The notes under the pieces: model-generated
Seen by the model: the letters and a program-made list of their open reading frames with translations, nothing else
Database searches by the model: none
Told to the model about the DNA's origin: nothing
In this document: in pieces, positions 61,398 through 64,000 of the stretch
Position numbering within the stretch: position 1 is the stretch's first letter
Layout of the letters: the number at the start of each line of letters is the position of its first letter
Made by a program: the position numbers and the translations under genes
Assembly: GCA_963744145.1 (NCBI GenBank)
Contig: CAVUSO010000001.1
Coordinates: forward strand, 7,328,001 to 7,392,000
Length of the DNA stretch: 64,000 bases
DNA from: an uncultured cyanobacterium
Lineage (GTDB): Bacteria; Cyanobacteriota; Cyanobacteriia; Cyanobacteriales; CAWUOF01
Reading direction: 5' to 3'

Positions 61398-62273
61398 TCA
61401 GCTATAGGAGGTGCCAGGATGGTTGAAAAAAGAGCCGATCCTGGATAAAAATGAGGGTTCCAGGCTTTTATCCCGATCAATTCCTTCCCGCTGAGAATAG
61501 ATCTGAAAATCATTAAAATCAAAAATTTGTCCACGTTTGACAAATCCACAAAATCCTTCTAGTTGAGCATCAGGAAGTTTACCAGGCTGATAATGATACA
61601 GCCAAATTTTATTTTTAATTTCTATTGGTAACTGGAGTAAATCTTCATAATGGGCATGAACACCAGTTTTATTTTTGGTAGTTTCGCAATCGTGGAAAAT
61701 TAGATCGGCATGATCGTACCAATGACCAATTAGCTCAGGACAAAATTGGGTATCTGTTGTAAAAAATACTTTTATCCCATTGAGTTGAAAAAATAAACCA
61801 TAACTATAAATATGATCATATTTATCAGTTATATGTACAGTTGGTGCCATTTGAAACTTAATATTTTCCCAGATAAAATAGTCATTCTTAGTAATTTTTT
61901 GGATCTCAAAATAAGTCTCTAATTCCGCAACTTCACCTTGAATTGACCTCATACTCCCAGCTAAACTGTTATCCCATAATTCCTTAACTAAATTTTCAGA
62001 TAAATAAAGTTTTGGTCTGCTACAACGGAAATCAAATTTGGTACTAAACCCAACATATTCAAGTCCTCCTGTATGGTCAGCATGAATATGACTAATATAA
62101 ATATCTGTAAGATCCAGATGGGAAAAACCTGCGTAGTGAATCGAATGTCTTATGTCTGAACCGCAATCAATTAGGAGTTTCCGGTTTTGGTCATTAATTA
62201 ATAGGAGATTAGACTGAAAGTTATCTGCACCAACAGTAAAAGCTGAACCAGATCCTAAAAACATTAATTTCAT
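61398..62273 (-). CDS. MBL-fold metallo-hydrolase
   Basis: FLGSGSAF, LIDCG, SHIHADH, TTDTQ, HDCE, WLYHY. Confidence 0.9.
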   Translation of the reverse strand: MKLMFLGSGSAFTVGADNFQSNLLLINDQNRKLLIDCGSDIRHSIHYAGFSHLDLTDIYISHIHADHTGGLEYVGFSTKFDFRCSRPKLYLSENLVKELWDNSLAGSMRSIQGEVAELETYFEIQKITKNDYFIWENIKFQMAPTVHITDKYDHIYSYGLFFQLNGIKVFFTTDTQFCPELIGHWYDHADLIFHDCETTKNKTGVHAHYEDLLQLPIEIKNKIWLYHYQPGKLPDAQLEGFCGFVKRGQIFDFNDFQIYSQREGIDRDKSLEPSFLSRIGSFFNHPGTSYS

Positions 62274-62354
62274 TATTTTTCCTTTTTTACTAAGTCATTT
62301 TCGCGATCGCTGTCTGAGTTTCTACTGATTGATTAAATCTTGATCAACTAGAAC

Positions 62355-64000
62355 TTAGTTAGGGTAGGATTGACCTATCGGTAGGATCGACTTATAAAGG
62401 TTCTCAAACTTGACTTCGACTTGGGGAGGTACGGCAGTAAAATAAACATAAAAACTACCATTTTCTCCGGATTTTTCTAAAACTTTAGCATATATATCTT
62501 CATCCTGTTGCTGTTGATTTTGAGATTGATCATTAACATCATCAAGTAAGTTGATCTTAATATTAGTCAACGGTGCTAATGGATGATCTGAAGTAACTAA
62601 AGCACCTTTAGGGGAAAGCTTAATTAAGCTACCTAGAAACAAATCGGCACTAACGTTTTTACCATCTAAAATTGCATATTTCAGGTCAATTTTGGTTGGT
62701 AGTGGTAAGTAGATTTCTTCTTTTTTAGATAAATAAATATTATATTTACCACCAATCCCACCGACATCATAGATCGTAATCGGCTCTTTAATCCCCTTTG
62801 GCTGGACTTGGGTCGCCCCGTTAATCTTAATAATTGGCCCAGCTGCGGCCAGGGTAGACTCAGAGATCAGGATTTGACTTTCTGTGGTATAGGATTCAAT
62901 CCGGTAAGTTAAATTTACTTGACTACCAACTACACCATACTTAGTCCGTTTGGTCGAGCCGATATTACCAACCACCACTTCACCTGTATTAATCCCTATT
63001 CCCATTTTTAGGGCTGACAATCCTAAATTTTTCATCTCCTGATTGACTGCTTCCATCGCTAATTGCATGACCAAAGCACAGGCGATCGCCCGTTCAGCAT
63101 CATCCTCACGGAGCGTGGGTGCACCAAATAAAACTAAAATACCATCCCCCATAAATTCATCAATAGTTCCTTGATAGGAAGTAATCACATCAGCCATATA
63201 TCCTAAGTAGAGGTTGAGGATTTTCACCACATCTTCAGGGGGCAAACGTTCTGCTGTTGCGGTAAATCCTCTTAAATCAGAAGTTAAAATCGTAATTTTG
63301 CGTCGTTCTCCACCCAGTTTTAAGCCTTCGGGGTTTTCTAGTAAATTAGAAACCACATCGTCCGTCAGATAACGTCCAAATGTTTCGCGAATATCCCCAG
63401 CAGATTTTGCTATATAAGTAGTGACTCCTAAAGCTGATCCACCCAAGGCTAATAACGGGGGAACTAATGGAATCCACCATCCTTCCAGAAAAGCTAAATA
63501 GCAGCTTAATAACAAAAGGACAGCAGCTAAAGTCATACTGGTAATTACTAATAGGGATTTAGCATTTCGCTGCATCCAAATCAATGTCGTGCCTAGGACC
63601 GACCAGGAGAAAATCCATAACCATTCGGTAATTTTTGGCCAGGTTTTAATCATGGTTCTGCCTAACATGGCTGAATTCACAAGCTGGCTAATTACATTAG
63701 CATGGATCTCAATTCCCGAAGTAGGACGCTGTAGTTTGAAGAAGTTATTAGTAAAAGGAGTAAAGAAAAGATCCTGAAGACTGGCTGCACTAACACCAAT
63801 TAAGACAATGCGATCGCGCATTAATCCTGGGGGAATTTGGTTTTGTAATACCTCTGTCATGGTAATTCGCCGAAAACTTCCGGCTGGTCCACGATAGTTA
63901 ATCAGGATCTGATATGCTCGATCGCTAGCTTGAACATAGCCACCATCATTGTGTTGAAAAGGAATGAGAATTGCTTGACCTAGCTGATATTTTTTGGTAA
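62355..64000 (-). CDS. CHASE2 adenylate/guanylate cyclase (class III), 5' end outside the window
   Basis: CHASE2 tail, 3 TMs, SDLRGFT, FMGDG, GNIGSTKRTKYGVVGSQVNLTYRIES; frame stays open to the window end. Confidence 0.92.
   Translation of the reverse strand, partial: TKKYQLGQAILIPFQHNDGGYVQASDRAYQILINYRGPAGSFRRITMTEVLQNQIPPGLMRDRIVLIGVSAASLQDLFFTPFTNNFFKLQRPTSGIEIHANVISQLVNSAMLGRTMIKTWPKITEWLWIFSWSVLGTTLIWMQRNAKSLLVITSMTLAAVLLLLSCYLAFLEGWWIPLVPPLLALGGSALGVTTYIAKSAGDIRETFGRYLTDDVVSNLLENPEGLKLGGERRKITILTSDLRGFTATAERLPPEDVVKILNLYLGYMADVITSYQGTIDEFMGDGILVLFGAPTLREDDAERAIACALVMQLAMEAVNQEMKNLGLSALKMGIGINTGEVVVGNIGSTKRTKYGVVGSQVNLTYRIESYTTESQILISESTLAAAGPIIKINGATQVQPKGIKEPITIYDVGGIGGKYNIYLSKKEEIYLPLPTKIDLKYAILDGKNVSADLFLGSLIKLSPKGALVTSDHPLAPLTNIKINLLDDVNDQSQNQQQQDEDIYAKVLEKSGENGSFYVYFTAVPPQVEVKFENLYKSILPIGQSYPN

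Overview
AT-rich cyanobacterial chromosome segment, judged from dense HIP1 octamers (GCGATCGC) and the genes ndhS and psb29. Housekeeping genes (mnmE, typA, rodA, apbC/mrp, hemF, psb29, ndhS, tRNA-Leu) are interspersed with accessory material. (1) A ~16-kb co-oriented envelope locus: two TpsA/haemagglutinin-like exoproteins (one split by an ISAs1 element), an exported TPR-CHAT caspase-like protease with an intact His/Cys dyad, an exported DUF928 protein with nine GGGSR motifs in 22-aa tandem units, and a CHASE2 hybrid histidine kinase. This is my best candidate for an uncharacterised proteolysis-driven signalling system. (2) A MITE family: two 297/298-bp copies with 3-bp NTA target duplications split two genes, and a related element with different cargo sits in frame in the CHAT N-terminus. 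(3) A ~1219-aa nuclease-STAND-like defence candidate with one frameshift. (4) A 2.8-kb integrase-less islet (TA pair, Rpn gene) bounded by a 40-bp duplication of the 3' end of an unannotated 35-aa ORF. (5) A 10-tRNA array with an embedded HNH gene, a sigma70 promoter overlapped by TGTAGTAT repeats, and a boxA-like leader. Three single-base +1 frameshifts, one in rodA, warn of possible assembly indel errors. Family assignments come from motif recognition only; no database searches were run.
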